Part shown: one piece after another, positions 49,189 through 62,955 of the stretch
Numbering within the stretch: position 1 is the first letter of the stretch
Layout of the letters: the number at the start of each line of letters is the position of its first letter
Source of the DNA: Azolla caroliniana
Lineage: Eukaryota; Plantae; Polypodiophyta
Assembly (NCBI GenBank): GCA_043228905.1
Contig: JBHGNT010000014.1
Coordinates: 1,736,001-1,800,000, forward strand
DNA length: 64,000 nt
Direction of reading: 5' to 3'
Notes under the pieces: generated by a model
What the model was told of the DNA's origin: nothing
Seen by the model: only the letters and a program-made list of their open reading frames with translations
The model's database searches: none
Made by a program: the position numbers and the translations under genes

Positions 49189-50715
49189 TGTCGTGATGTG
49201 GCGTGCTCACCACTTCTCTTCATCTCATACCCCTTCATCCCCCCATCGCCACGTGCTCGTCTTCTTCGCATCGACACTCGAAGTGCTCGTGAGCCAAGCT
49301 TCGTTGGTTCGACGTTGCTCCGCCCCGTTCGTCATTGCGAGCCCGTGTGCTCGCCGTTCGGGTGGTCGTGGTTCGTGGGGATTGGCATTTTGGTGGTGCT
49401 CGTGTGTTCATCTTCGTCGTGTTCGGATTTGCTTTTGTCTCTAAGGGCATTTAGTATTTATGTTTTGATTGAGCTTGTGGTTAACTATAAGTTGCCATTG
49501 TAAACAAAACCCTATTTTATAAAGGGTCCTCTTACGTTGGAATCGTACACGTATTTATCTCTTTGGTCGATATCATTCGTGTTTCTTTCTCTCCTTCTTT
49601 CTTTATTCGTGTCTTCCTTGTACGTTCGGCCGTCTTGTGACGAGGGAGCGTTTCGGGCGTGCCCATGCACCTCTCCTCCTCATAAAGACGTACGAGCATT
49701 TGTACGTGTGTTTGTGTCTTCCGTGTACATTCGGTCGTCTTGTGACAAGGGACCGTTTCGGGCTTGCCCGTGCACCTCTCCTCCTCATAAAGGCGTACGA
49801 GCATTTTGTGCGTGTGTTTGTGTCTTTCTTGTACGTTCGACCGTCTTGTGACGAGGGACCATTCGGGCTTGCCCATGCACCTCTCCTCCTCATAAAGGCG
49901 TACGAGCATTTTGTTTGTGTGTTTGTGTCTTCCTTGTACGTTCGGTCGTCTTGTGACAAGGGAGCGTTTCGGGCTTGCCCATGCACCTCTCCTCATAAAG
50001 ATGTACGAGCATTTGTGTGTGTTTGTGTCTTCCTTGTACGTTCGGCCGTCATGTGACGAGGGACCGTTTCGGGCTTGCCCATGCACCTCTCCTCCTCATA
50101 AAGGCGTACGAGCATTCTGTGCGTGTGTTTGTCTTCCTTGTAAGTTCGGTCGTCTCGTGACGAGGGAGCGTTCGGGCTTGCCCATGCACCTCTCCTCCTC
50201 ATAAAGGCGTACGAGCATTTTGTGTGTGTGTTTGTGTCTTCCTTATACGTTCGGTCGTCTTGTGACAAGGGAGCGTTTCGGGCGTGCCCATGCACCTCTC
50301 CTCCTCATAAAGGCGTACGAGCATTTGTGCGTGTGTTTTGTGTCTTCCTCGTACGTTCGACGTCTTGTGATGAGGGAGCGTTTGGGCGTGCCCATGCACC
50401 TCTCCTCCTCATAAAGACGTACGGACATTCGTGTTTGTGTTATCGTCCCCTTGTGCTTTCATCTTGCGTGCTCATCTTGCTTGTACCCATTTGGTCACTT
50501 GGCTCATGCGATGATCTCGAAAGGTCGACGAGTCGTGATCAACGAGAGCCACTGGCCTCACAAAACAAAGGGCAACGAGACCTTGCTCGGGAAGGGGTCG
50601 GGAAGTAGTATTTTCATAAAGCAAACCTTGGGTCTTCTCTATCCCTTGAGTACTCCCTAGTCCAAGACCCCCGTGGTCCCGCCCAAGTAACACATGTGCG
50701 CGAAACTTCGCGACA
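49189..50715 (+). mobile_element. Solo gypsy LTR with ~8 x 105-bp tandem array, inserted ~320 bp upstream of PRPS17
   Basis: TGTCGTGA...TCGCGACA termini and 4-bp TSD GCGT; same array and 3' end as 12783-14583. Confidence 0.85.
49608..50430. repeat. Tandem repeat, ~100-106-bp unit, about 8 copies
   Basis: Unit starts at ~49631, 49736, 49842, 49947, 50047, 50150, 50256 and 50361. Confidence 0.95.
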
Positions 50716-51676
50716 GCGTATGTGTACACACGTAATGATCGATCCGTTGCCCACGTATATTACGTATGTATGATCCATTCGTGCCCTTGCATATGTGTAC
50801 GTACATCCGATCTGATCGATCCGCGCCCACGTATATACGTACGTACTCGCGTATGTGTGCGTACGTATGCATCATCCATTCACACCCGCGTATGCACATA
50901 CATATGTACGTCCACTTTGATTGCTTGGTCATCGTCATCAAGTTCGGGTGCACACGCATCGGCCTGCCCCTTTCCCAGACCCCCCCCATCATGAGCATAT
51001 CATATGCCGACGATGGACTGCAAGGTAGGTCACGATCTTGGTTTCTGCACGAAACATGAAACAAAGCTTTGTCGTCATGAATGCGAAAAAGGAAAGAAGA
51101 AAGCCCCTGCCGACTCTGATCCAACACACATTGAGTCCGACTTTTTTTTTTTAACACTATTGTTGCACCACCACCAATGATGCCAGTCTGAAAATTTTCT
51201 AAGAGCGGAAGAAATGGCTTCCGTTACGTTTACCCTGCACATCCCGAATTTGTCAAACTCGCTACCCATGAGAGGGTTTTTTTCCACCTATCGAACATGG
51301 GAAAACAAGAAAGAAAACGAATACACTAGGCTAGATCCGAAGTTAACACAAAACAAAGGAATGCTCAGTCCTTGGAGTCACTTGACTTGACTTGACAAAA
51401 ATGTGGACAAGGAATGCCACACTTCTAATCGGGATCAACACAATTTTCTCTTCATTACTCCCGATTGTTACAAATTACAATGGAAAAATGCCCTCTACTC
51501 TCAATTCAACAAAATGTTTTCGTAAATACGTACTCAATGAATCCTTTCTTTCCTGTTTTTTCGGTATTTCATGGTATGTAGTTGGTAAATACCCACTCCA
51601 GAGTTGCATTTACTGTATTGAGGCCCATGCAAATAAATAGTCATGGAGAACAATTGAAACTCTACATTCTGATTAC

Positions 51677-51959
51677 TATATACCAAGTCTCTATTCCAAT
51701 TCAATTCAAGCAAAAAAAGGTTATATATATGCTTCTTATCAAGAAACCCCAATAATTCATTCATTGGACTTGGAACTATATAGCAAGTATCTATTCCAAT
51801 TCAATTCAAGTAAAAAGGTTATATATACTTCTTATCAAAGAAACGCCTATAATTCATTGGACTTGAACTATATAGCAAGTCTCTATTCCAATTCAATTCA
51901 AGTGAAAAGGTTATATATACTTCTTATCAAGAAACCCCAATAATTAATTGGACTTGAAC
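51677..51959. repeat. Tandem repeat, ~92-100-bp unit x3
   Basis: CTATATA.CAAGT.TCTATTCCAATTCAATTCAAG...GGTTATATATA.TTCTTATCAA...ATTGGACTTGAA. Confidence 0.9.
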
Positions 51960-52477
51960 AGCACTGCGATTTATAGGCTAGAATTGCCCTCAATTTATTT
52001 ACTACCCTGAACAAACTGGTGGTAATTCAACTATAAAGAGTCTCATGATTACTTCATGGGCGATTGTTATTATTATATTGATCTGCTTTTGCTGTTTCTA
52101 TGGCAGGAATCGAAATGGGAGCAATTCGATTCATTGCTAAAACTAACAAGAATGAATGAAGATACAATCGAATGTATGCAAACAATTACTGCCTCTGATC
52201 ATTGCAAAAACTTATAAGAATGAATGAAGATTTACTGATCTGATCAGTCCAGTCATTGGGATTCAAATCCTATTCAGATTTTGTGCCTCCTTACAGTACA
52301 GACAATTGATCACAGAATTACAAAGACAGCACAAATAATCATGAAGATGCATGAAATTGGGACAAATAGAGACAATCAGAATCGTTAACAAATCTTAAAC
52401 TGATCCAAAGGCTTTAAAAAACCATGCTTTCAAACACACAAAATGGAGCCTTTACTTCATACATGGGACCTTCACAA

Positions 52478-52602
52478 CAATCAGGAACTGAGAACTTTCA
52501 TTATAAACTCCTTTAACATCAATCAATCAGGAACCGTGAGATTTCATTATATAAACTCCTTCACTTCAATCAATCAGGAACAGCAAGATTTCACCATAAA
52601 CT
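52478..52602. repeat. Tandem repeat, ~46-bp unit x3
   Basis: CAATCAGGAAC...TTTCA..ATAAACT repeated three times. Confidence 0.8.
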
Positions 52603-53621
52603 TTAATTAGTAAATGAATGAAAGGATCACAAATCTGCAGATACTGAGATTAGCAGCAACCTACAGATACTTTTGAGGGTAATCCCATTCTTTTTCAATG
52701 CCAATTGAAAAACATTTATCCCTGAAGAGATGTTCGTTTCATCAGATTATATTTAGATAAAAGGGAACCAGTATTTCGAATCCGTTACTTTACAGAGATC
52801 AATCAGAACGGAAACGAAACATGCAACAAATGAATTCAGAAATAGATTTCATTTATGTATGAAGCAGATATATTCCATGAAGAGACGGGACCTTACATCA
52901 ATCAGACAGGAAAAAACCAAGTGATCAAAGGGTGGGAACCAGTCAGTATTCTGTATCCCTTACAGACAGACAACACACATAGATCAGCAGAGAAAACTCT
53001 GCAGAGAATGCAACCAACGATTCAGCCATGGATTGCTGTAGTGTAAAAGTTGTAGCGAAACAACAGATCAGAAATAGACCCTCAGAAGATGTCGACCTTC
53101 TCTTTGGTCAGGCCAGCCTCTCGATACTCTAGAAACGCCAGTGATGAAGACTCCATAGAAGCCCACTCTATCGCCATGGCTGAATCAGGGCTTAAGGAAG
53201 GATCCTTCATGACGAAGAACGAGTGATGATCTCTTCACCCCTGAGTACGCTTCTACAGACTGCAGAAGAAGATTTCATGGAGGACTGGGACATGGACATG
53301 GACATGGACATGGACTCTCTCTCTCTTTCTCTGCTTCTATAATAAGCAGACCAAAGAACGACGACATAGACACATACATAGCAGCGGTAGCTAGAACAAG
53401 TTTTAAATAAAAAAAAGAGTAGAAACGACGCCTGTCTGCATACGAAAGATCTTCCACGAATCGAAAGAAGCCGATGATGATCAGATACGTCGGGCTATGG
53501 AAAACCTGCAGACAAGAAGTAAATAAACAAAACTCGTGACGATGAAGAGGTGAAGGGATTCGGAAGAGGAGAGAATGAGTTGGAGGTGATGGCTATGGCT
53601 AAGGCGATTCTTGTGATCAGA

Positions 53622-54305
53622 TCAGGCTTGGATGCTGCAGTCACGAGCGAAATGGCCGTTCTCCCCGCACTTGAAGCACTCGCTGCCGCCTCCGCGAGCT
53701 CCACCATATCCACCGCGAGGTCCGCCATAGCCAGATCCTCCATATCCACCACGCCTTCCACCGCCTCCTTCAGAGGAGCCACAGTCTCTAGCGAGATGGC
53801 CGGTCTCTCCACAGGTATAGCAGGCTCCACCGCCTCTCCCTCCTCCATAGCTACCTCCTCCTCCTCCTCCTCCTCCTCCTGCTCCTGCGTTTCTGTATCC
53901 GCCGCCGCCATAGCCTCCGCCGTAACTCTCTCCTCCACCGTAGCTTCGACCAGAGTCACCGCCATATCCAGCATCACCACTGTAGCCTCTGGCTCTATCG
54001 CGGCCTCCACCGCGGCCTGCTCCACCTGCTCCATATCCACCTGCTCCACGTCCACCTCCATCGCCTTGCACAGGCTCTCCATTGGGCCCGCTCACCTCGA
54101 CGGCCTTGGGCCTTCCGTCTTCTCCGTCCTCCACCATGAACTCCACCGCCTCCCCCTCCGCAAGGGAGCGGAAGCCTTGGCTGTGAATGGAGGTCTGGTG
54201 GACGAAGAGGTCGTCGCTGCCATCGTCAGGGGAGATGAAGCCATAGCCTTTGGTGCTGTTGAACCACTTCACCTTGCCAAGCTTCTTTGGAGCAGCGCTA
54301 GCCAT
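53622..54305 (-). CDS. Cold shock domain protein with Gly-rich region and two CCHC zinc knuckles (plant CSP/GRP2 family)
   Basis: [15 protein letters not shown]...DLFVHQ (RNP1/RNP2), [14 protein letters not shown] and [14 protein letters not shown]. Confidence 0.95.
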   Translation of the reverse strand: MASAAPKKLGKVKWFNSTKGYGFISPDDGSDDLFVHQTSIHSQGFRSLAEGEAVEFMVEDGEDGRPKAVEVSGPNGEPVQGDGGGRGAGGYGAGGAGRGGGRDRARGYSGDAGYGGDSGRSYGGGESYGGGYGGGGYRNAGAGGGGGGGGGSYGGGRGGGACYTCGETGHLARDCGSSEGGGGRRGGYGGSGYGGPRGGYGGARGGGSECFKCGENGHFARDCSIQA

Positions 54306-54322
54306 GGCGCCAACTCACTCAC

Positions 54323-54360
<38 letters not shown>

Positions 54361-54436
54361 TTTTGCAGAGAAGCTAGCTAGGGTTATGCAGAGACGGGAG
54401 CTCAAGAAGAAGAAGAAGAAGAAGAAGGGCGGCAGG

Positions 54437-54450
54437 GGTTTCTAGGGTTT
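54437..54450 (-). promoter_or_regulatory. Telo-box (AAACCCTA) upstream of the CSP gene
   Basis: The minus strand reads AAACCCTAGAAACCC ~140 bp before the ATG, followed by (CTT)n and (GA)n in the leader. Confidence 0.45.
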
Positions 54451-54469
54451 CATGCATCGGAAAACCAGC

Positions 54470-54500
<31 letters not shown>

Positions 54501-54660
54501 TGTATAGTATGTACTATGTACATGTATGTATGTAGGTTGTATATATGTTATGTATGTATGTATGTTTGTATAGTATAGTATGTGTATGTGTATGTATGTT
54601 CTATATATGTTATGTATGTATGTAGGTTCTATATAGTATGTACATGTATGTATGTATGTA

Positions 54661-54691
<31 letters not shown>

Positions 54692-54945
54692 GTGGATGTG
54701 GATGTGTATGTATATGTGTATGTGTATGTGTATGTGGATGTGTATGTGGATGTGTATGTGTATGTGTATGTATGCTCTATATATGTTATGTATGTATGTA
54801 GGTTCTATATATGTTATGTATGTATATATAGTATGTATATGTATGTATGTATAGTATAGTATAGTACGTATATGTATGTATAGTATAGTATAGTATAGTA
54901 TAGTATGTGTATGTGTATGTGTGTGTATCATGTATGTATGTATTT
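54470..54945. repeat. Compound microsatellite (TATG)n/(TATGTG)n/(TAGTA)n
   Basis: Directly visible in the sequence. Confidence 0.95.
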
Positions 54946-57900
54946 AAGCATGTACTTATGTCTATATGTGTGCATGTACGTACACATACACCATGGATGT
55001 ACAATATGTATGTATTTCTCTGTCTATTATTACTATTGACTGGATTTGTGTCGATTACTATGTTAGAGAGATATAGTTTCCATAATGCTAGAACTATACT
55101 TCTGTCTATTAGTATGTTGAGAGATTTTTTTATTTTTTATTTTTTTTTAAGAAGATATCCTGTCATTAGTGTAATCATTTTACAAGATTTAAATTTTATG
55201 TGATTGGGGGGGGGGGGGGGGGGGGGGGCACAACCATTTTGGAGGTTGAAAATGCCAATAAGGAGTACCACAATTGGCTGTCATGAATGGAGTAGCTTTC
55301 CATATAGTGATAAACTCATGCTGTTGAGCAATTTTAGCATCAGAATCTCCAAAAATACCATCCCATTGTCCCTTCAAAGTATGAACTATGTCTAACCAAA
55401 TATTTGAAACTAATTCGGCCGGTGGTGTTTTCAGCTGATGGAAAATAAGAGAGCACCTAACCTTCCAAGTATGATATATAGTGGTACTACTCAATATCTC
55501 CCATACTGGTTGGACTTCCTTTCGTGTTCCTATAAATTGTAATGACAACAATGGTATTGTATGAAAACTTCCAGATTTAGTGTAAAATCCATGGTCCATA
55601 GATTCGGCGTCATAATGAAACGCATCACGGACAAGAGATGTCCAAACCACCATGCCCCAAGTGAAAACCAATGGGGGGAAATAGTTAGCAAAAATTCTAA
55701 GGAGACGTTGCCATATCACTTGAGATTTAGTACATTCCCATAAGCAATGTTTTTGAGTTTCCATTTGTAAATGGCATCGTGCACAGGAAGAATCTACTCC
55801 CATCCTATGCAGCCATGTGCCGACCGGCAAGGCTTGGTGTACAAGTAACCATTGTACATGCAATATTTGATGTGGTTGTTTTCTTGCCCATAATACCACC
55901 CAGAAATTTGCAAGGAATTGGGGAGTAATACCTTGTTGATTCCAATATTGAAATGTAGCCGGTATCACGTCTCGTGTATCTGAAAGCACGTGTCTTCCTA
56001 ATTGTACAGAATATTGGAAGAAATTAAACTTGTTCCCCGTAAAAGGATCTGTCCACTGATAATCAATTAGATCCCATTCTAATCTGAATACTGGTTTTTT
56101 AGCCAACACCCACAACTTCCAATGTGTCTTTATTTCCTCAATCATTGGATCAATGTACCATTTCCAGTCAACATATCCAATGACTCTTATCGTGTGTTCC
56201 ATAGCATAAGGGTAATCTATCCTCATTTCCCCCGATTGTGTCAATTGATTTGCTTCATCCACCTCAAAAGATCGGTAGGTCTTATCATCTGAATATCCCT
56301 TAACAGCCAAGAGTACTTCCAATCTTGAATAAACTCCAACCCATGTGTGGTTAGAGTTATTGGGTGGAATGGGGAATCTACTCATCACATCTTGAATTTG
56401 TTGATACATTATTTGGCCACCATGCATACTACCTAGGATTTCTTTTTGTTATTCCCATGAACGTGATAAAAAACGTTGCCATGTCTGAATTGTTTTTGTA
56501 GGACCTTCTGCCATTTTTCCCCACGATAACCATTGTCTAGAACCCAACACTAAACCATCTGATGTTGTAAACAACGAATTCTAGACTATCCTTTGTCTGA
56601 GATACTCAAGATAATGTTTGGGTTTAGGTTTATTGCGAAGCAAACCAAGTAATACTTGTTTCCATGCTGAAAATAATGTTCTAATAAACTTGTCTTCCCA
56701 CTTGTTAGCTGTAGGTACTCTGAAATTTTCCCTAAATATCCAACTTACATCCTTAGACCAAGGGGCACCTAATCGAGGAGAGCAATATGAATAGCGGTCA
56801 AGTAATAGTACTTTCCATATCTCTTTCCTCGACGCAAATCCTCTAATGAGCAACTTACTTAATAATGCTCTTGATTGGTCTACTGGATCAATAATGTTAC
56901 CGGCCGACAAAGTAGTCCAGAGTGTGAAACGGAGGAGTTATTTAATTATTAAGGAATGGTTGTAAGTAAGCTATTAGTGTGGACGGACGGACCGGAATCG
57001 ATATGCTGTTCCGGATCCAGACCGATCCCGAATAGGTGCGGATGGCACCGTTTTGTACTACAAACCGGAAACCTATTTAAAGGCCCGGATACAATGTAAT
57101 GAGCAGCGGATAATTAATAAAGCTTAGTGTTTTTATCTCTCCATGTTAATTGCCGTTCTGCATTCATTGTTATATCTTACGCGTGTGATTATTAAGCACG
57201 ATCTTGCTAAGTAACCTAATTAAGTCGGATTAATCGTTGAGCCTAATCCTCTTGCCGTAACACCCCTTTGGTGAAGTGTCTTTCGTAGACACCCTGTGTT
57301 AGGCCATTGTCCGACCCTAAGAGTTAACACAGTTTTTGGCGACCACGATTCCTGTTTTTGCAGCGAACGACGGCATGAATGGATGGCTAGATCAAAGCAC
57401 GACCTGGTTATAGATCGAACTCGATGCCTTGCCGAAAGGCAAAGGAGAGGTGAGGATTTCCAGCAAGCGGCGCAGGAAATTAGAGCGGATCGCTCGTTTT
57501 CCAACGTAATCCGAAGAGTAGTGGAGGAGTCCCTCTGGTTACAGCAAACATCGCACCCGGACGACGACAGCAGCCTAAGCAGCCTCCAGGAAACCGAATC
57601 CCTTCTCTAGGCGTTGGCAAGTGGAGAAGGCAAAGCAGAAGCCTTTTCAGCGTATGAATCAGATTCCGAAGGGGGATACAGCGTGCACACGAACTACCGT
57701 AGCAGCAACGACACCCAGGGCGGACCGGAGGACGAAGGATCAGACACCTTACCGACACCGGAACCGGAAGTGCTAAGGCTGGAACCTCCGGAAACATAAG
57801 CAGAGGAAGAGCGACCTCCGATACCGGAAGTCGAGGAGGAGAGGCCACCGTCACCAAAAGAAGAGGAAAGACCACCGACGCCGGAGAAAAACCAGGAACG

Positions 57901-60095
57901 ACCACCAACACCACCAACCTGTGCACCGATACCGGACGACGACATGCCGTTCCAGTACTCCAAGTATAGAGATGATCCGGACGCGGAAGCTCATGTTCAC
58001 GCCTTTGAACAGACATGGGAAGCAAACCATATGTCCCAACGATTGACCCCGGAGGAAGAGGAACGCTCTAAGATAGCGGAATTTGGCGTCACATTGGAGG
58101 GACCGGCAGCAAGATGGCGCCGGACGCAGGACCCGTCCACCGACCCGGTATACAGCATGCCGTAACGGATTATTTAAGCCGATTAGAGTCTGGAGAGACG
58201 GGCGACGGAGTAGCGGACGAGTTTCCGGATGTGGAGCTGTTTCGAGTCACTACGGAAACGGCAGCAGATGAAACGGTGGCACAGGAAGACAAGTGGCTCA
58301 CAAATATGCACCAGTTTCTGAGCACAGGACTGCCTCCGGAGGAGATGAACCGAGACGAAAGGAAACGTCTGGTGGTGCAAAGCCGACATTTCTGCTTACT
58401 GCGAGACACACTTTACCACAAGGGCGCGGACGGCATATGGAGACAGGCTGTGCGTAGCGATGAAAAGGACCCCACTACGGAGTTGCCGGAGGTCACTATG
58501 CCGGAGATGCGACGACCAGGAAAATATGGCAAAGTGGCCTATGGTGGCCAACTACATTAAGAGATGTTGTACGATACGCAAAAGAATGTGACCTATGCCA
58601 GCGAATGGGCCAGCCAACGGAGCAGGCTCGGGTGCCACACCAGCTTGTACTACCACTCGAACCATTCCAAAAGTGGGGGCTGGACTTTGTTGGACCGTTC
58701 AAACCACCGGCAATGAGAACAGGTAATCGGTACGTCATCGTTGCGACGGATTACTGCACGAAATGGGTGGAGGCCAAAGCCTTAAGAGACAACACCGCTG
58801 CGTTAACGACAAAATTTCTATACGAATACATCTAGTGCCATTACGGATGCCCAATCGAATTAATAAGCGACCAAGGGGGGCATTTTCTCGGCCAAGTAGT
58901 TGAAAGCCTGACGACATTCTATGCCGTTGTCCATAAACGGAGCACACCGTACTATCCGCAAGCAAACGGGTTAGCTGAGTCGACGAACAAAACGCTCTAG
59001 AATATCCTCCGGAAGATCGTCAACGAAAACCGAACGGATTGGGATACCAAGCTACATAGCGCGCTTTGGGCATACCGGACAACATACAAAACGAGCATCC
59101 GAACAACACCATTCCAGTTAGCGTTTGGACTAGAGGCGGTCATGCCGGTGGAATTCCAAGTACCAAGCTTATAGATCCAGCTACGGGAATGGCTGAATGA
59201 GAAGGAGTCGGAGGCAATACGGTTAACAGCGATGTGTGAACTCGAGGAACAACAACTGGCAAGCATCCTGCACTTAGAATTGGAACAACGGCGACAGAAA
59301 GCATTTGTCGACCGGCACAGGAAAGGAAATGAAAAAATGTTCGGAATCGGCAAGCCGGTGCTAGTATTTCAGACCCGGATGGGCAAGATGCTGGGTAAAC
59401 TACGGTTTAGATGGACCGGCCCGTATTGGCTGACACGTGAGTATAATGGGTCCTACCAGTTAGGGACACTTGCCGGCGAAGTACTAGGCAAATGGGTCAA
59501 CGGATTCAGATTGAAGCCATATAGAGGACCGATGCCCAAGAACCCATTTGAGCAAAGGACCGACACCAGATCGGGAACCGGTGTGGAAACGGCAACCACC
59601 AAGACGGAAGAGACGGCAAGCCGGTAACAGGGGAGAATGAGGCGACGGCAAACCGTAATGAGGCCGGTAAGGGTCCGATAGGACCAACGGACAAGTAACC
59701 TCACACTACATTTAAAAAAAAAAAAAAGGAAAAAAAAGGAAAAAAAGAAGAAAAGAAAAGCGAAGTAATCATGCAAAAGCGAGGTATGGACGGACGAGAG
59801 AGCGAGGAGCGAAAAGGTACGTAGTGGGCATTTAAGTGCCGCCACAGGACATAATGCTATTTTAGGACACGACGTGCACACGCTCGAAAAAGGCGCCAGA
59901 ATGCACAGAGAAAAACCACAGCGCATGGAGACCTTCTACTTTCGCGAACCTAGGAGCACAGAAGCACCAAGGCGTTGGAAGATCACCAGATGAGAACCTA
60001 CGCATAGAGAACCCCCGCTTTCTGAACTCTCTCTCTCTCACTCTCATTCTCATCACCATCCAACCTCGCCACCACAATCCGACCTCGACACAGAC

Positions 60096-62902
60096 ATGGA
60101 CCCGCAAACGCTGTCGGAAGCCGCCAAGAAATGGCTAAAGCAACACGGGCTCGAGGGCTTCTTGACGATTATGGAGGTACCGCCACACAAAGAAGCCGAC
60201 AAGGTGATCAAAGAAATCAACACAGAGGTCATAACGACGGAGGCGATCCGTGCGTTAACAGGCCTTCCGGATGGAGGCATATTCACGATCGACAATCCGA
60301 CCTCGGAGCAACTCATCAAGTATTTTGGTGAGTACTCCCTAGCGAGCAAGGGCTACCGGACAAAGGGCGGCGGGGATATGTTGTTCCGCGAGATTGCCCG
60401 TGTGCTCCACGAATACGGCCATGTGTACCCTAGACCCCCTGTCATGCCGCAGAACCGGGCAGGGATGATCATTGCCACCTATGAAGGGATCAAGGTGGAT
60501 TGGCCGGTATTGATCGCAGACGGGTTGTGTGCGGCGATCAAGATCGTCAGAGGAAAAGACGGCAAAGAAGGCCGAGAAGGACGGAGGATAGGCACGCAGT
60601 AACACAGTGGCTCACCTTGCTTGTGCCACCCGTCGAGCCCGTCGAGCCCAAGAAGCGGGGAAGAGTGGCGGACGGCACCCCAAAGACTGCTTCCAAAAGA
60701 CAACAGTTGTTGGCCTCTAAGGCCACTAAGGGGAAGGCGGCGGACGCAGAACAGGCGGGAAAGGAGAGCGCCAGCCGGAAGCGGCCAATGGATGCGCAGG
60801 AGGAACCACCAGTATGGTCCGTAAAGATTACACTCCGCCGACCGGTGAATAGAGAAGCGGACCCCTTGACGGCGAAACTCAATGCCGGGACTCAGGAGGA
60901 GGAAATAGAGGAGGAGCCTACGGAGCACCTCCAGCGACGGTCTTCGGCAAGAACCGTTGAGGCAGCTGGGAAACGTTCGAACCCTCAGATGGAGGGAACA
61001 CCGGCTCCCCATACTGAGACTCCCACGCCAAGGGAGGAACCGGAACCGGTGCGCATGGCACTGGAATCAGAAGCCCCTTCACCACCGGCAGCACCGGCAA
61101 GTCCCATTCCGCCAGAGCCGGAAAGGTCAATGCAGCCTCCCTCGGCCAACCAAGAAGAAGCGCAAGGGGAACCAGGACTACAGGGTGGTCCACGGGCAGA
61201 AATGGAATTGCAACTCGGCGCAATCAGGCGGGACCACCCACCCACAAGCGAGCCCATCCGTCAAACCTCCGTGCAAGCGCAACAACAATGCACCGGTAGC
61301 CCGTGGCTTCGGTGGATAGGCGAACAGATTGCCGGAGCAGTGGGGTATATTGAGGCGGAAGAACGAGCGCAAAGCGAACGGTTGCTCGTCACAACCGAAC
61401 AACTAGAGACGGCCCGGTCCAGAATCCGGTGCCTTGAAAAAGACTGGGATCAGGTCACAGCAGAAATGGCCAAAATGGCCTTAACGGCAACATAGATCCA
61501 AGCATCAGTGACTCCGGTAAGTGTACAGAATAAAGAAATAGACCAACCTGTACATACTAATAAGACCCCGGCAACGGAAACCGTTCCAGAGAGAGATGCG
61601 GTGCAAGCCCAGGAGCTTGCGGAATTGAGAGATGAACTTGCCGCATAAGAAGCGCTAAGGAGCCGTGAACGGGAATTGAAGACAGTGGCCGAGGCAGAAT
61701 TAAAGAAGACTGCTGAGAACCTCCGCCGGGCAGAGGAGAGCCTCCGGAAAGGCCATCAAGCTTACGACCGGCTAAGGGAGGAAAAAGAAAAAGTGCCGCA
61801 GGAAAAGGACAAGTTGCGGAAGATGACGGAAATGGAAATTGAACGGCTAAAGGAGGAGCTCCGCCAGCAGAAGGACCCCGAGGACCGGGCCCGTCGACAG
61901 ATCAACGTACGACTCAAGCAAAAGACAGATGATTTTGAGCACCTGCACCGGGACTACAAACAGCTGGAAACGGAGCATAAGGAAAGGATGGCCGAGCTCC
62001 GGCAGGAAGTTGATCAGGCTGCGACGGTGCTCGCCGACGAACGAGCGGAAAATACAAGACGGTTGGACGAGGCGGAGAAGGTCCGGATGGAGCTCCAGAG
62101 TCAGCAACAGGAAGAAAGGGAGAGAGCGTCAACGGTATTGCAAAAATTACAAAGCACATATCAAAGGCAATTGACGCATTACAAGGAGCAGGCGGAAGAC
62201 AACGTCAAAATCATCAAGCAATTGAAGGAGGAACGACAAGCTGCGGAGATCAAATCGCAGATGGGAACGGGCCGGATTCAGTGCATCCTTCGGGCATGGC
62301 TGAATTAGACAAAACGCTTGATTGACGAAAGCTCCGTAAGATGGTGGACAAAGTGGGCACAAAATACGGCGGAACTCCAATTGCTACGGGCAGACGTGGC
62401 AAACCGGCAGAAGGAAGGAGATGATTGTTACACGTTGATTTCCGAGGACTTCACCGCCATACGGGACGAGCTGGCTGAAGACTTCCAAGTCCTGGCGGAT
62501 GAACAACTGGTGCAGGTTCGGCAACTCGTAGCTCAGCTAGACAATGATAGGCTAGACGCTCAAATCCAGTTTGAAAGCTACGAGCGGTCCCGGGTTCGGG
62601 AAGAAAAAGCACGGGAAGCGGCAACGGTTAACCTTAATGATGAGGAACCATAGCCGGCCGAGGGCCAGGCCGGAACCAGTCAACCGGAGACCACTACGAC
62701 GGAGGGAGCAACGACGGAAACGCCGGTGTCAGAGCAACAAATGGAGGAGCAGCCGCATCAGCCACCAAAGGACCAGTCGTAGCAACCATCAACGGAGCAG
62801 CAACAACAACAACAGCAACAACAACAACAACAACAACCAATTCCAGATGAACCATTGGAGACTCTCGAACAAAGCATTCTGGATATTTTGGATGAAGAAT
62901 AG
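60096..62902 (+). pseudogene. Extra 3' ORF of the second gypsy element
   Basis: N-domain YFGEYSLASKGYRT...MPQNRAG...YEGIKVDW, coiled coil, poly-Q and terminal SILDILDEE*; one frameshift near 60590 and point stops. Confidence 0.8.
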
Positions 62903-62915
62903 CAAGGGTCTGATG

Positions 62916-62955
62916 GTGGATTCGACGTACAAGGTACTGTCCCACGAGCGTGCCA
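62916..62955 (+). other. tRNA-Arg-like T-arm/CCA motif at the PPT position
   Basis: GTGGATTCGA-CGTACAAGGTACT-GTCCCAC-GAGCGTGCCA, followed by TG and then the 3' LTR. Confidence 0.85.

Noticed and set aside
49654-49666. GGGCGTGCCC in the 105-bp unit resembling the tRNA-Arg 3' end
   Set aside because: It lacks the correctly placed CCA and T arm, varies among units, and is better explained as a palindrome.
49532-50608. Many overlapping Cys/Arg-rich ORFs
   Set aside because: Artefacts of translating the tandem array.
53138-53250. TGATGA...CTGA pairs suggesting box C/D snoRNAs
   Set aside because: No terminal stem or rRNA guide recognised, and such short motifs arise by chance.
53550-54377. 275-aa antisense ORF over the CSP gene
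   Set aside because: Shadow of GC-rich Gly codons with no recognisable domain.
54582-55004. ORFs such as MCMCMC and HIHIHI
   Set aside because: Microsatellite translations.
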